From the UHGV virus genome UHGV-0170246: DNA of 45,982 bases; one strand, 5' to 3'. This document shows, one piece after another, positions 7,729 to 15,856 of this stretch. The notes under the pieces are model-generated. The model did no database searches. It had not been told where the DNA came from and worked only from the letters and a program-made list of their open reading frames with translations. Positions within the stretch are counted from its first letter, which is position 1. The number at the start of each line of letters is the position of its first letter. This DNA is from a virus. The position numbers were made by a program, and so were the translations under genes.

Positions 7729-7851
7729 ATGAAAAAATACTACATGTGTATTTTTATCGTTGTTACTGGAGCTTTGTTTACGCCACATGGGGAGGGTTGG
7801 AAGATTACTGATAACGCTCTGAATGTGACGATAAACATTAGCAGCAAGTAG
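7729..7851 (+). CDS. Possible small hydrophobic peptide (40 aa)
   Basis: In-frame ATG of ORF 7669-7851; one predicted transmembrane stretch (YYMCIFIVVTGALF); followed at once by a strong terminator; no recognisable family. Confidence 0.2.
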   Translation: MKKYYMCIFIVVTGALFTPHGEGWKITDNALNVTINISSK

Positions 7852-7856
7852 CGATT

Positions 7857-7880
7857 AGGCCCCTTCGGGGGCCTTTTTTA
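7857..7880 (+). terminator. Rho-independent terminator
   Basis: 7-bp stem AGGCCCC/GGGGCCT with TTCG tetraloop followed by TTTTTT. Confidence 0.75.
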
Positions 7881-8028
7881 CTGCAACCTGCATTTGATAG
7901 CTGTTTACCATTGCAGTAGCTTATATACCGTAAGAGCCACAAGATGTGGTTACGATTTCAATACGGGGTTGATATGAAAAAGCGGTATGACGAATTTGAT
8001 GGTTTCTAAGAGACGTTGACCTCTAATG

Positions 8029-8055
8029 AGGCGGGTTGGTTGCCCGCCTTTTTTA
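8029..8055 (+). terminator. Rho-independent terminator
   Basis: Stem GGCGGG/CCCGCC with a 7-nt loop followed by TTTTTT; second plus-strand terminator ~170 bp after the first. Confidence 0.7.
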
Positions 8056-8064
8056 TGGCTACAT

Positions 8065-8247
8065 TTAAACGCTGGAACGCATTAAACCTTTCAGAACTGC
8101 TTCACGTACCCATTCTGGCCTGGTTGATAGCAAGGCAAATAAACGCCCAGCTTTGAGTCGCTTGAGGTCTATTAGACGAGTTTTTAGTAACCGTGTATAT
8201 TGTTGTTCGGACATAACAAATTCCCCTTGTTGTGTCGCGACGGCCAA
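8065..8247 (-). CDS. Hypothetical small protein, distal gene of the partition operon
   Basis: 60-aa ORF directly downstream of the parG-like gene on the same strand. Confidence 0.3.
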   Translation of the reverse strand: MAVATQQGEFVMSEQQYTRLLKTRLIDLKRLKAGRLFALLSTRPEWVREAVLKGLMRSSV

Positions 8248-8276
8248 CAGTTGGCGCTGGAGGCCGTCACCTTCTC

Positions 8277-8525
8277 TTACTTCTGGTTGTATTGAGCCTT
8301 GAGTAACTCAAAAGATTTTGTCAGCACTTCTTTCAATGACATATCCATTGAACTGGCGAACGTTTTGTACTCGCGTTTAAATTCAGGGTCGACGTTAAAC
8401 GCCATTTGTGCCCCACCTGATTTGGTTCTGGTTGGCGTTTCAGTCGGGTCGAAAACCTGCGGTTGTTCGATCGATGGCGGTACGCCTTTGCTGTTCTTCT
8501 TTGGTGGTTTTGATGGTGCGGCCAT
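8277..8525 (-). CDS. ParG-like ribbon-helix-helix centromere-binding protein
   Basis: 82 aa, immediately downstream of parA; unstructured basic N-terminal tail and C-terminal RHH-like segment (FNVDPEFKREYKTFASSMDMSLKEVL). Confidence 0.6.
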   Translation of the reverse strand: MAAPSKPPKKNSKGVPPSIEQPQVFDPTETPTRTKSGGAQMAFNVDPEFKREYKTFASSMDMSLKEVLTKSFELLKAQYNQK

Positions 8526-8537
8526 GTGTATCCCCTC

Positions 8538-8570
8538 TTATATAAATCTATAAAACTATAATTATATATT
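8538..8570. repeat. AT-rich motif locus (TATAAATCTATAAAACTATAATTATATATT) downstream of parG
   Basis: Member of the dispersed TATAATTATATA(AAT) motif family. Confidence 0.55.
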
Positions 8571-9237
8571 ACGCGGCAGTAGTCAGAGCCTCAAGCTGGT
8601 TGATAATCCCCTGAATAACGTCGTCTGCCTTTTTGCGTGGCGCAACGTATGAGCATTCAATGAGGCTTAAGCCCTTATCCTGAGCTTTGCTCAGAGCTGG
8701 CTTGTGGGGAATGTACTTATCGACAACAAAGTATGGCGTATTAGCCAGGTACTCTTGGGCTTCAATATAGTCAGCTTCATTTTCAGCCGCGCCGGAAAAC
8801 ACCATGCAAATTTTCTTGATTGGCACACCCTTTTTAACGATGCCGTGAGCAGTGTTAACGGTGGTTTCCAGGTCATCGGTAGAGAATCGGGTTGGCAAAA
8901 TAACCATATCCAGAAATTCAGATAGCTTCGGTACTGATTCAGATGCGTAGGCACCGCCATCAACGATAACCAGGTCGTATACTTCTGATTCGATGATTTT
9001 CTGGACTTGTGATGGTGTGCCGCACGGCTGCGCCGCGATTGCTGGTTCGATATTGTTGGCCATTCTGCGTTGTACCCAACGCGTTACCGTTCCGTTAAGC
9101 ACATCCATATCGATCAGGCATACATTCCAGCCAGCCTTTGCATAAGCAACTGCTAAAGCACGGGCAATTGTTGATTTGGTTACGCCGCCTTTTCCGTTGA
9201 AAATACCTACAGAGATAGTCATTTGTCGAGACTCCAT
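8569..9237 (-). CDS. parA: ParA-family partition ATPase (small type Ib ParA/ParF-like)
   Basis: 222 aa; deviant Walker A GKGGVTKST near the N-terminus; followed by a small RHH protein gene. Confidence 0.8.
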   Translation of the reverse strand: MESRQMTISVGIFNGKGGVTKSTIARALAVAYAKAGWNVCLIDMDVLNGTVTRWVQRRMANNIEPAIAAQPCGTPSQVQKIIESEVYDLVIVDGGAYASESVPKLSEFLDMVILPTRFSTDDLETTVNTAHGIVKKGVPIKKICMVFSGAAENEADYIEAQEYLANTPYFVVDKYIPHKPALSKAQDKGLSLIECSYVAPRKKADDVIQGIINQLEALTTAA

Positions 9238-9246
9238 GTGTTTGGT

Positions 9247-9350
9247 TATATAATTCTATAAATCTATATTTATAGAACGAGGTAAGCATAACCAACTTTT
9301 TGGCGGATGGAAAGTGTTTTATATAATTATATAAATCTATAATCATATAA
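9247..9350. repeat. Two AT-rich motif blocks upstream of parA (candidate par promoter/centromere)
   Basis: TATATAATTCTATAAATCTATATTTATAGA and TTATATAATTATATAAATCTATAATCATATAA read directly. Confidence 0.55.
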
Positions 9351-9372
9351 GCGGGCGTTAGCCCGCTTGCAG

Positions 9373-9747
9373 TCAGAGGTCAGCTATCGTTGATATCAGT
9401 TGATTTGCTAGCTGTCGCTGTTTACGTGAGAGGGTTAGAGCAGCTTCTGAGCGGTCGCTAAGAGGGGTGTTTTCATCAAGAATCATGAGGCATACAGAAA
9501 TAATAGCCCTGTTATATGCCATCAATGGCTGGCACAGCTTCGATACCGCTGGCACATCGTATTGCAAGGCCGTTTTGAGGCAGACTTTTTGTTCTGATGC
9601 CAGATGAAGGATAGATTCTATCCAGTCGATATCTTTCTCATTATCAATGATTTGGCATAACATACACTCAATCGCTATGTTCAACGCTTGGATTTCGATT
9701 CCAGCAGTGATCAGAGTTTCATTTTTATTGGCTGTATGTAATTCCAT
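9373..9747 (-). CDS. Hypothetical protein downstream of the repressor gene
   Basis: 124-aa ORF, same strand as the repressor; an operator-type palindrome lies between the two genes. Confidence 0.45.
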   Translation of the reverse strand: MELHTANKNETLITAGIEIQALNIAIECMLCQIIDNEKDIDWIESILHLASEQKVCLKTALQYDVPAVSKLCQPLMAYNRAIISVCLMILDENTPLSDRSEAALTLSRKQRQLANQLISTIADL

Positions 9748-9780
9748 GCGTAGCCTCTTTTATACTTTTACATGTTGTCA

Positions 9781-9797
9781 AAACCACATAATGTGGT
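9781..9797. promoter_or_regulatory. Operator-like palindrome AACCACATAATGTGGTT
   Basis: Perfect 6-5-6 inverted repeat, same half-sites as 813-829. Confidence 0.55.
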
Positions 9798-9839
9798 TTT
9801 TTTGAGCGTAGAAATGCACGGCTTTCGCCGTGCTGTGTA

Positions 9840-10496
9840 TCATAACCAGTTGACAACACTAACTACGCGGCCAAGAACTTTATAACGCTTAAATTCCTCG
9901 TTATTCAGATGCTTAGTGTTCATTTCAGCATCCCTTTCGGTTGACAGCATAACAGCATTGTCACCCGGTATGACTCTACAGTGCCTCAAAACAACCAGGC
10001 CATTTCTGTCTTCAAGGGCATAGATCCCCTCATGAATCTCTGTATCGTCTGTATTAATCAGGACTTGGGAGCCAGGGGATATTGTTGGTGACATTAACTC
10101 ATCGTTGCTCTGGAGAACTGACAGAGACGATGGGTTGATGTTCTTGCTTCGTAGAATCTCCTGTTCTATCGCCAGCACTGGCTTTTCTCCGGCGTGCGAT
10201 GCTATGTCATTTTTTATAGCTACAAGCCCAGGAATAACAGGAGCGTTAGTATTCTGGGGTGGGAACGGGTTATCTGTTAAGCACGCGATATAAGGCGCTG
10301 ATGCTTTCAGGGCGTGCGCGATTTTCTTGATGGCAGGTATCGATGGTTGTCTTAATCCGGCCTCATAGTTCTGCAAGGTGCTTAAGCCTATTCCAGTGAC
10401 TTGCTGGAGATCTCCGGCAGTCATGCCGGATTGTTTCCGTAGAGTCTGAATGCGCAGACCTATTTCTTTCTTGATGTTCTCGTCGTTGCTTTTCAT
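9840..10496 (-). CDS. CI-like phage repressor (N-terminal HTH, C-terminal LexA/S24-like domain)
   Basis: 218 aa; HTH TAGDLQQVTGIGLSTLQNYEAG; C-terminal region has the overall S24 pattern but the GxSM catalytic motif is not obvious on hand alignment. Confidence 0.75.
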   Translation of the reverse strand: MKSNDENIKKEIGLRIQTLRKQSGMTAGDLQQVTGIGLSTLQNYEAGLRQPSIPAIKKIAHALKASAPYIACLTDNPFPPQNTNAPVIPGLVAIKNDIASHAGEKPVLAIEQEILRSKNINPSSLSVLQSNDELMSPTISPGSQVLINTDDTEIHEGIYALEDRNGLVVLRHCRVIPGDNAVMLSTERDAEMNTKHLNNEEFKRYKVLGRVVSVVNWL

Positions 10497-10532
10497 GTCT
10501 CATCAATCGTGAATGGTGGGTTATTTATACAT

Positions 10533-10652
10533 TACCACATTTAGTGGTTTTCACATGGTAAGACGAGAGGTGGACCACAAATAGAAGGTTATTTTTTGTT
10601 TCGCCCATTGAAAAACTCACGATATGTGGTTTTAATACCACATATCGTGGTT
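10533..10652. promoter_or_regulatory. Immunity-region operator cluster: three palindromes of the ACCAC-N5-GTGGT type
   Basis: TACCACATTTAGTGGTT (10533-10549), ACTCACGATATGTGGTT (10615-10631), TACCACATATCGTGGTT (10636-10652) between the divergent repressor and rightward early genes. Confidence 0.65.
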
Positions 10653-10670
10653 TTAACTGGAGTTCGTTAA

Positions 10671-11165
10671 ATGACCTTTCAGGAGTGGGTTGACGAAAAT
10701 GGAGGCCAAATTGGTGTTGCCAGAAAGTTTGGCTTTACGTCATCACTGATTGGTGCCTGGTATCGCTTCGAGAGATTCCCTCGTGCGGATAACCTGACGC
10801 TGCTGGTGGCGTATTCGGAAGGCCGGATTAACGTCCAGCAATGGGCGGCAGATTTTGCCGAACGTCAGCGCCAGCGTAGCGATGGCACATCGGTTCGGCA
10901 GAACAAGATCAAAGGGAATCTCCCTGTTAACTGCTTATCAAGGCTGAAAGCGGTTTTCTCTGAGCTGGGGATGCCTGCGGAGCGTTGCAATCTACGCGGT
11001 CCGCGATTCATTGCTCGCTGGAAACACTCACACGTAACCGTTTCAGAGGTTCGTGATGCGATTACCGTGCTGGAGCTTAAGAATAAAGATTCCAGCGATA
11101 TCGAGCTGATTCATAAGGAGATTAGCAACGCCCGGCGTTCAGCACTTGGGAGGCTTGAGGAATGA
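10671..11165 (+). CDS. Putative HTH regulator, first gene of the rightward early operon (Cro/CII position)
   Basis: 164 aa; divergent from the repressor across the operator cluster; function is by position only. Confidence 0.35.
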   Translation: MTFQEWVDENGGQIGVARKFGFTSSLIGAWYRFERFPRADNLTLLVAYSEGRINVQQWAADFAERQRQRSDGTSVRQNKIKGNLPVNCLSRLKAVFSELGMPAERCNLRGPRFIARWKHSHVTVSEVRDAITVLELKNKDSSDIELIHKEISNARRSALGRLEE

Positions 11166-11677
11166 TGATTCTGGCCTTCTTTGGTGATAATCACCAGATT
11201 CAATCGCAGGTGGTGCACTACCTTGATCAAACGATTAAAGGATTTGTTATCGATCATATTGATAACGATAGCAAACATCTATCTGTAGATCAGAAAATTG
11301 GACGTGTGCAGCGACTGGTTGCCAGCCGTAACAGACGTGACACCGTAACAGTAGTCACGGGGATAACGGAGGTCATGGAGTACCAGATGTTGCTGCATCG
11401 TGGAGCTGTTTTCTGCGTTCTTCCTGGCATTCTGCCAGCAATTCTTGCTCGTGGTTTTGTCCCTATTGATGAGTCGTTTTTATATGTAACCCCAAGCCGT
11501 TCCCTTCTGGATACGGAGGCGAAGCGTCGCATTTATATGATGCCGGACGAGGCATTTTCTGAATGTTACCGCCGTGAAATGAGGTTGGGTAAACGAGAAG
11601 TGTCTGTTGTTCGTGATGGCAGGTTTTTAAGAAGCCGCACGGTGAAAAGCACCAGAAATGACGGGGGCCATCAATGA
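11162..11677 (+). CDS. Hypothetical protein
   Basis: 171-aa ORF; ATGA overlap with the upstream gene. Confidence 0.45.
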   Translation: MMILAFFGDNHQIQSQVVHYLDQTIKGFVIDHIDNDSKHLSVDQKIGRVQRLVASRNRRDTVTVVTGITEVMEYQMLLHRGAVFCVLPGILPAILARGFVPIDESFLYVTPSRSLLDTEAKRRIYMMPDEAFSECYRREMRLGKREVSVVRDGRFLRSRTVKSTRNDGGHQ

Positions 11678-11907
11678 GTAGTTATGTTCGCGGTGCTGCG
11701 ATGCATTGCCAGAATCCCCAATTCTGGCGCTTTCTGACCAGTAAAACAGGGAAGAACGTTTCAAACAGTTCTGAGGCCTCTGTGATTCTGCGTGAGTTTT
11801 GCGGGATCTCATCCCGTAAAGAGCTGGCAAAGAACTACGCGGCCAGAAGCATGTATGTCCAGTTAATCAACGAGTTCAACCTCTTTATCAATGGTAAGGG
11901 GCGCTGA
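11674..11907 (+). CDS. Hypothetical protein
   Basis: 77-aa ORF in an operon of overlapping reading frames. Confidence 0.35.
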   Translation: MSSYVRGAAMHCQNPQFWRFLTSKTGKNVSNSSEASVILREFCGISSRKELAKNYAARSMYVQLINEFNLFINGKGR

Positions 11908-12311
11908 TGAACGGACGTACACCAACGAAGAAAGAGAAACTTTATATACAAGCGGTGCTCACTCACGTGGGTTGCATAGCTTGCATTATTGATGGCCGTG
12001 AAATTGAGAATCCAGAGCTGTGGACGGAGCTACATCACGATCCTGATTACGGCAGCGTTGATGAGAATTGCCACTTTCATAGCTTTGGATTGTGCGCACC
12101 ACATCATCGCGGTGTTGTGCCTGGTGGTGGGCGCGTGCCTCCGCATATCGCCGTTCGTCACCCTCCCCTGAGTAATTGTGCTCGCTTTGTTGAGCGTTAT
12201 GGCACCGATGAATTTTTGTGTGCGCAGACGTGGGAGCTGTTGCCGCAGTCAGTTAAAGACGAAATTGGGTTTGATCTTAGTCTTGGTGAAGTACCAGGGG
12301 ATACCAAATGA
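11907..12311 (+). CDS. Putative HNH-type nuclease, Ref-like
   Basis: 134 aa; Cys/His-rich with paired HH motifs (ELHHDPDYG, CAPHHRG) and GCIACI; resemblance to the P1 Ref/DUF968 family is a recalled pattern. Confidence 0.35.
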   Translation: MNGRTPTKKEKLYIQAVLTHVGCIACIIDGREIENPELWTELHHDPDYGSVDENCHFHSFGLCAPHHRGVVPGGGRVPPHIAVRHPPLSNCARFVERYGTDEFLCAQTWELLPQSVKDEIGFDLSLGEVPGDTK

Positions 12312-12640
12312 GATATACCGGCTTTCGCAAACCAGCGACCAGGAAAAGCAAATACGGCAATAAAAAAACGGTTGTCGATGATATCGCTTTTGATAGCAAA
12401 AAAGAGGCTGATTACTACTGCGAACTGAAGTTACTGAGAAAAGCTGGCCGCGTTGTGACGTTTCTTATGCAGGTGCCTTTTCATCTGCCTGGTGGTGTCG
12501 TTTATAAACTTGATTTCATGGTGTTTTATGACGATGGGACGATTGATTGTGTCGACACTAAAGGTGTGCGAACAGACGTCTACATCATGAAGAAAAAGCA
12601 GGTAGAGGCGCTTTATCCCGTCACGATACGGGAGATCTGA
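12308..12640 (+). CDS. DUF1064-like phage protein
   Basis: 110 aa; N-terminal RKSKYGNKKT..DDIAFDSKKEADYY pattern recalled as characteristic of DUF1064. Confidence 0.45.
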   Translation: MRYTGFRKPATRKSKYGNKKTVVDDIAFDSKKEADYYCELKLLRKAGRVVTFLMQVPFHLPGGVVYKLDFMVFYDDGTIDCVDTKGVRTDVYIMKKKQVEALYPVTIREI

Positions 12641-12643
12641 ACA

Positions 12644-13021
12644 GTGAGACGCGATCTGGATAGCTTGTTTGAGCTATGGGCGCTGTGGGTGCGCAATGGC
12701 TGCAACGCCCGTAGCGGTTTCGCGTCGATGTTAGAAATGATGATGGTTACGCGTTGCCAGTTTACCGGAGGGGGCGGCGCACCAAATGACTCACTGGAAA
12801 CCAGTATCGAGGGAGCTGTGACGGCCCTCACGGTAGTTGATGAGACTGCGGCGCTGGTTGTCCGAATTGAATACGGGGCGTGGGAGATTCGGGGCCTCGA
12901 CATAAATGCACCGCATATTGATAAAGCCCACGCCCTTTCTCTTAGTCTCAGACAGTATCGCCGGAAGCTGGCAAAAGCCAGGGCGTATGTTGTCGACTAT
13001 TTGAAAAAGCGAAGAGAGTGA
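12644..13021 (+). CDS. Possible Q-like antitermination protein
   Basis: 125 aa; N-terminal LWALWVRNG resembles the WGAW region of one Q family; weak and from memory only. Confidence 0.25.
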   Translation: MRRDLDSLFELWALWVRNGCNARSGFASMLEMMMVTRCQFTGGGGAPNDSLETSIEGAVTALTVVDETAALVVRIEYGAWEIRGLDINAPHIDKAHALSLSLRQYRRKLAKARAYVVDYLKKRRE

Positions 13022-13071
13022 AAGTGTCATTTTGAGCTGTTTTGATGGTGTGTAGACATCGGGAACATCGA

Positions 13072-13190
13072 AAATCTATAAATATATAATTATAGATTTA
13101 TATAAAAAGTGCTTTACAGGTGGGAAAAAATTTCCTAAGGTTATACCCGAAACCGAGCGATACCCGCCCTGGTTAAACCGGAGAAATCTG
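13072..13190 (+). repeat. Conserved promoter/leader cassette, copy B (TTTACA at 13113-13118)
   Basis: Near-identical to cassettes A and C; ends at ATG 13191. Confidence 0.7.
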
Positions 13191-14258
13191 ATGAATAAAC
13201 AAGTAATTATTTCTGACTGGATCAACAACCCTAACAGCCTGTTAAGCACTGATACTGGCTACCTATTACGCCATGTTAATGGTCGTATGGTCAAAAGCGA
13301 TGAGCACGAAACCTTTTTCTTTGTTGAAGACGATGGGCGTATCTATGAGGATGGTTACTCTTATGAAGCCCAAACTGGTTGTATCCCTGCGGAGCTGGTG
13401 GACGTAACAGAAGATCTGCGCAAAGCATGGCTTGAACAGCAGCAGCGCGGAGATGATTACGTAAACACCTATCAGGAACGCCAGAACGCGCGTCTTGCCC
13501 GATATATTGCTCGTGCAGAAAAAGCCAGAAAAGAAGGTGCGGTAGCGCATAAGCGAGCGCATGACCTGTTGGATGTGATCCCGTTAGGCCAGCCGATTTT
13601 AGTTGACCATTATAGCGCGAAAGGCCATCGCCGCCGTTTGTCTAAAGCTGATGCGTTATTCAGAAAAGCGTTTGTTGAATGCGAAAGTAAAGCATCACAC
13701 TACGAGAGCAAAGCCGCAGGTGTTGGTCGTAATGGAATTTCGTCTGATGATCCTGATGCGCTATTTAAGTTGCTTCGTAAGCTGCAAGGCTGCATGAAGT
13801 CACACGTCAAAATGAAGGCAGCAAATAAGGCCATTCGCAAATACAAAAAAGACCAATTACAGCAGCTTTCTGCATTAATCGATCTCAGGTTTACAGAAAG
13901 CGAAGCCAAAGAGTTACTGGCCGGAGATTTCTGTGGGCACATCGGATTCCCTTCATACGCACTGAGCAACAATAAGGCCGAAATCAAACGACTACAGAGC
14001 CGTATTAAGGAGCTTGAATCGGTCAAGTCTGTAACAGGAGCACAGCGCGAAGAATACGACGGCTTTTCTATGGAGATAGATCCAGAGGATAACCGCATCC
14101 TGTTTTATTTCCCTGGCAAACCAGAGGCAAACATTCGTTCGCTGCTTAAATCACGCGCCTTTAAGTGGAGTCCAACCCGTAATGCATGGGTTCGCAAGAT
14201 TACTCCAAACGCCCTGGCTGATGCCCGATATCTGAAAGAATCGCTATTGAAAGCCTGA
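13191..14258 (+). CDS. Hypothetical protein (355 aa), first gene after cassette B
   Basis: Long ORF with GGAG RBS in the conserved leader; family not recognised. Confidence 0.5.
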   Translation: MNKQVIISDWINNPNSLLSTDTGYLLRHVNGRMVKSDEHETFFFVEDDGRIYEDGYSYEAQTGCIPAELVDVTEDLRKAWLEQQQRGDDYVNTYQERQNARLARYIARAEKARKEGAVAHKRAHDLLDVIPLGQPILVDHYSAKGHRRRLSKADALFRKAFVECESKASHYESKAAGVGRNGISSDDPDALFKLLRKLQGCMKSHVKMKAANKAIRKYKKDQLQQLSALIDLRFTESEAKELLAGDFCGHIGFPSYALSNNKAEIKRLQSRIKELESVKSVTGAQREEYDGFSMEIDPEDNRILFYFPGKPEANIRSLLKSRAFKWSPTRNAWVRKITPNALADARYLKESLLKA

Positions 14259-14288
14259 CAGTAAGCCTACGGCGGGATATCTCCCGCC

Positions 14289-14320
14289 GTATATAGAATT
14301 ATATATTTATATAAATGTAT
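14289..14320. repeat. AT-rich motif locus (TATATAGAATTATATATTTATATAAATGTATA)
   Basis: Shares the ATAGAATTATATA core with cassettes A and C. Confidence 0.5.
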
Positions 14321-14335
14321 AAGGACGCCTCGACA

Positions 14336-14617
14336 ATGAAACGCAAAATTATTAACCCCCAAGATGTGATTAATTTCCTGACCGATCACCCATGTTCAAA
14401 AGTGGACGTAATCGCGGAGCACATTGGTGTGTCGCAGAACTCTATGCGTTGCAGACTGAGAAGCATGGTTGCCGAAGGACAGATAACAACCAGGAAAATA
14501 AATGGTTGCCTGTACTACTCCGCTAAACCGGAATTGCCATTTGGCATGAATCCTAACTCCATGTTGTTTAACACCTTATTAGCCAAAGTTAAGCCGTTGA
14601 GAGGGGCTGTGGCATGA
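14336..14617 (+). CDS. Hypothetical protein, possible winged-helix DNA-binding protein
   Basis: Internal ATG of ORF 14315-14617. Confidence 0.35.
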   Translation: MKRKIINPQDVINFLTDHPCSKVDVIAEHIGVSQNSMRCRLRSMVAEGQITTRKINGCLYYSAKPELPFGMNPNSMLFNTLLAKVKPLRGAVA

Positions 14618-14979
14618 GCATCAAAACCCATACCGGAATAATCATTACCAATGATGGTGAGAAAAGAGTGAAGTTGCGCGAAACGCCGACAACCTGGTGT
14701 GTTGGTCCGAAAGAAACATATCGCAAGGAAGATGGCCGTCGTTGTGGGGCACCACTTTCCCGCCGTCGCCTCCTTTTGAGCACGATAAAACCTATCGGGC
14801 AGGTTGAGCAACCAACGACTCCGGTAACGAAGATTTCAGACAAGAGTCTGGCAAACCTGATCGCCGATGCGGACAAGGTGCTGGAGCGGAACACCCCCGT
14901 TGCAGATGAGGAATGGTGGCAGGATTTCCGAGCCGCAATGCTAGAGCTTCAGGAACGTCGTCGGGAGGAGTTGAAGTGA
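14614..14979 (+). CDS. Hypothetical protein
   Basis: 121-aa ORF; ATGA overlap with the upstream gene. Confidence 0.4.
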   Translation: MSIKTHTGIIITNDGEKRVKLRETPTTWCVGPKETYRKEDGRRCGAPLSRRRLLLSTIKPIGQVEQPTTPVTKISDKSLANLIADADKVLERNTPVADEEWWQDFRAAMLELQERRREELK

Positions 14980-15167
14980 GCAAGAAAAATGCCGGATGGG
15001 TCAGGCCAATGAAGGCGAATAAACATCATTATTTTAATGAAGGTGAAGTAACCAGCATTTGCGGCCGTTGGATGTATTTTGGTGATTACCGTGAGCCAGA
15101 CACTTTTGAGAGTCCTGATGATTGCGTGTCTTGTCGCCGGAAATTGAACAAGGTGGCTTCTAAATGA
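14976..15167 (+). CDS. Small Cys-rich hypothetical protein
   Basis: GTG start overlapping the preceding stop; CxxxxC and CxxC pairs (CGRW, CVSC). Confidence 0.3.
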   Translation: MSKKNAGWVRPMKANKHHYFNEGEVTSICGRWMYFGDYREPDTFESPDDCVSCRRKLNKVASK

Positions 15168-15856
15168 AAGAACGTGGTGTTGTTTTTAATGACGATATGG
15201 TTAGGGCCATCCTCGAAGGAAGGAAGACGCAGACTCGCCGACCTGTAAAAAATGTCAGGGCCGATAACTGCCTGGTTATCCGTAAACCGACAAAGAAACG
15301 CAATGGTGTCTATACCCACGTTATGGATGCACCTGAACATGGTTTATGCCCGTTCGGTAACGTTGGTGATCGCATATGGGTCCGTGAGGCGTGGGCGATA
15401 TTAGGCAATGAGGATGGTTGCAGTGTGGACTGGAACGACAACCTTTGTCGTGGCGATGAGAAGAACGCAGCAAGGATTTATCGGGCCAGTTGTGAGCAAA
15501 AGCCGGGTGATTACGGCTTATGGTCGATACCCGATGATGCCGACTGGAAACCTCACACTGTGAATGAAAAGTTTGATGGCGGGTGGCGTCCATCAATTCA
15601 CATGCCGCGCTGGGCTTCGCGTATTTTGCTGGAAATTACCGACGTGCGTGTGGAACGGCTGCATGACATGAGCGAGGCAGATGCTAAAGCGGAAGGCGCA
15701 TCTCCGGCGACGTACAAGATTACACCGCCGGAAGCTGTTTATCGCGTTGGCTTTGGTGATATCTGGCGCGGTATTTACGGGCAAGAGAACTGGCTATCTA
15801 ACCCGTGGGTATGGGTAATTGAGTTTAAACGTATTCAGGGGGCAACCAGTGAGTAA
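15164..15856 (+). CDS. ASCH-like domain protein
   Basis: 230 aa; N-terminal MVRAILEGRKTQTRRP and GDRIWVREAW resemble the ASCH/PUA-like fold pattern (recalled). Confidence 0.4.
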   Translation: MKERGVVFNDDMVRAILEGRKTQTRRPVKNVRADNCLVIRKPTKKRNGVYTHVMDAPEHGLCPFGNVGDRIWVREAWAILGNEDGCSVDWNDNLCRGDEKNAARIYRASCEQKPGDYGLWSIPDDADWKPHTVNEKFDGGWRPSIHMPRWASRILLEITDVRVERLHDMSEADAKAEGASPATYKITPPEAVYRVGFGDIWRGIYGQENWLSNPWVWVIEFKRIQGATSE

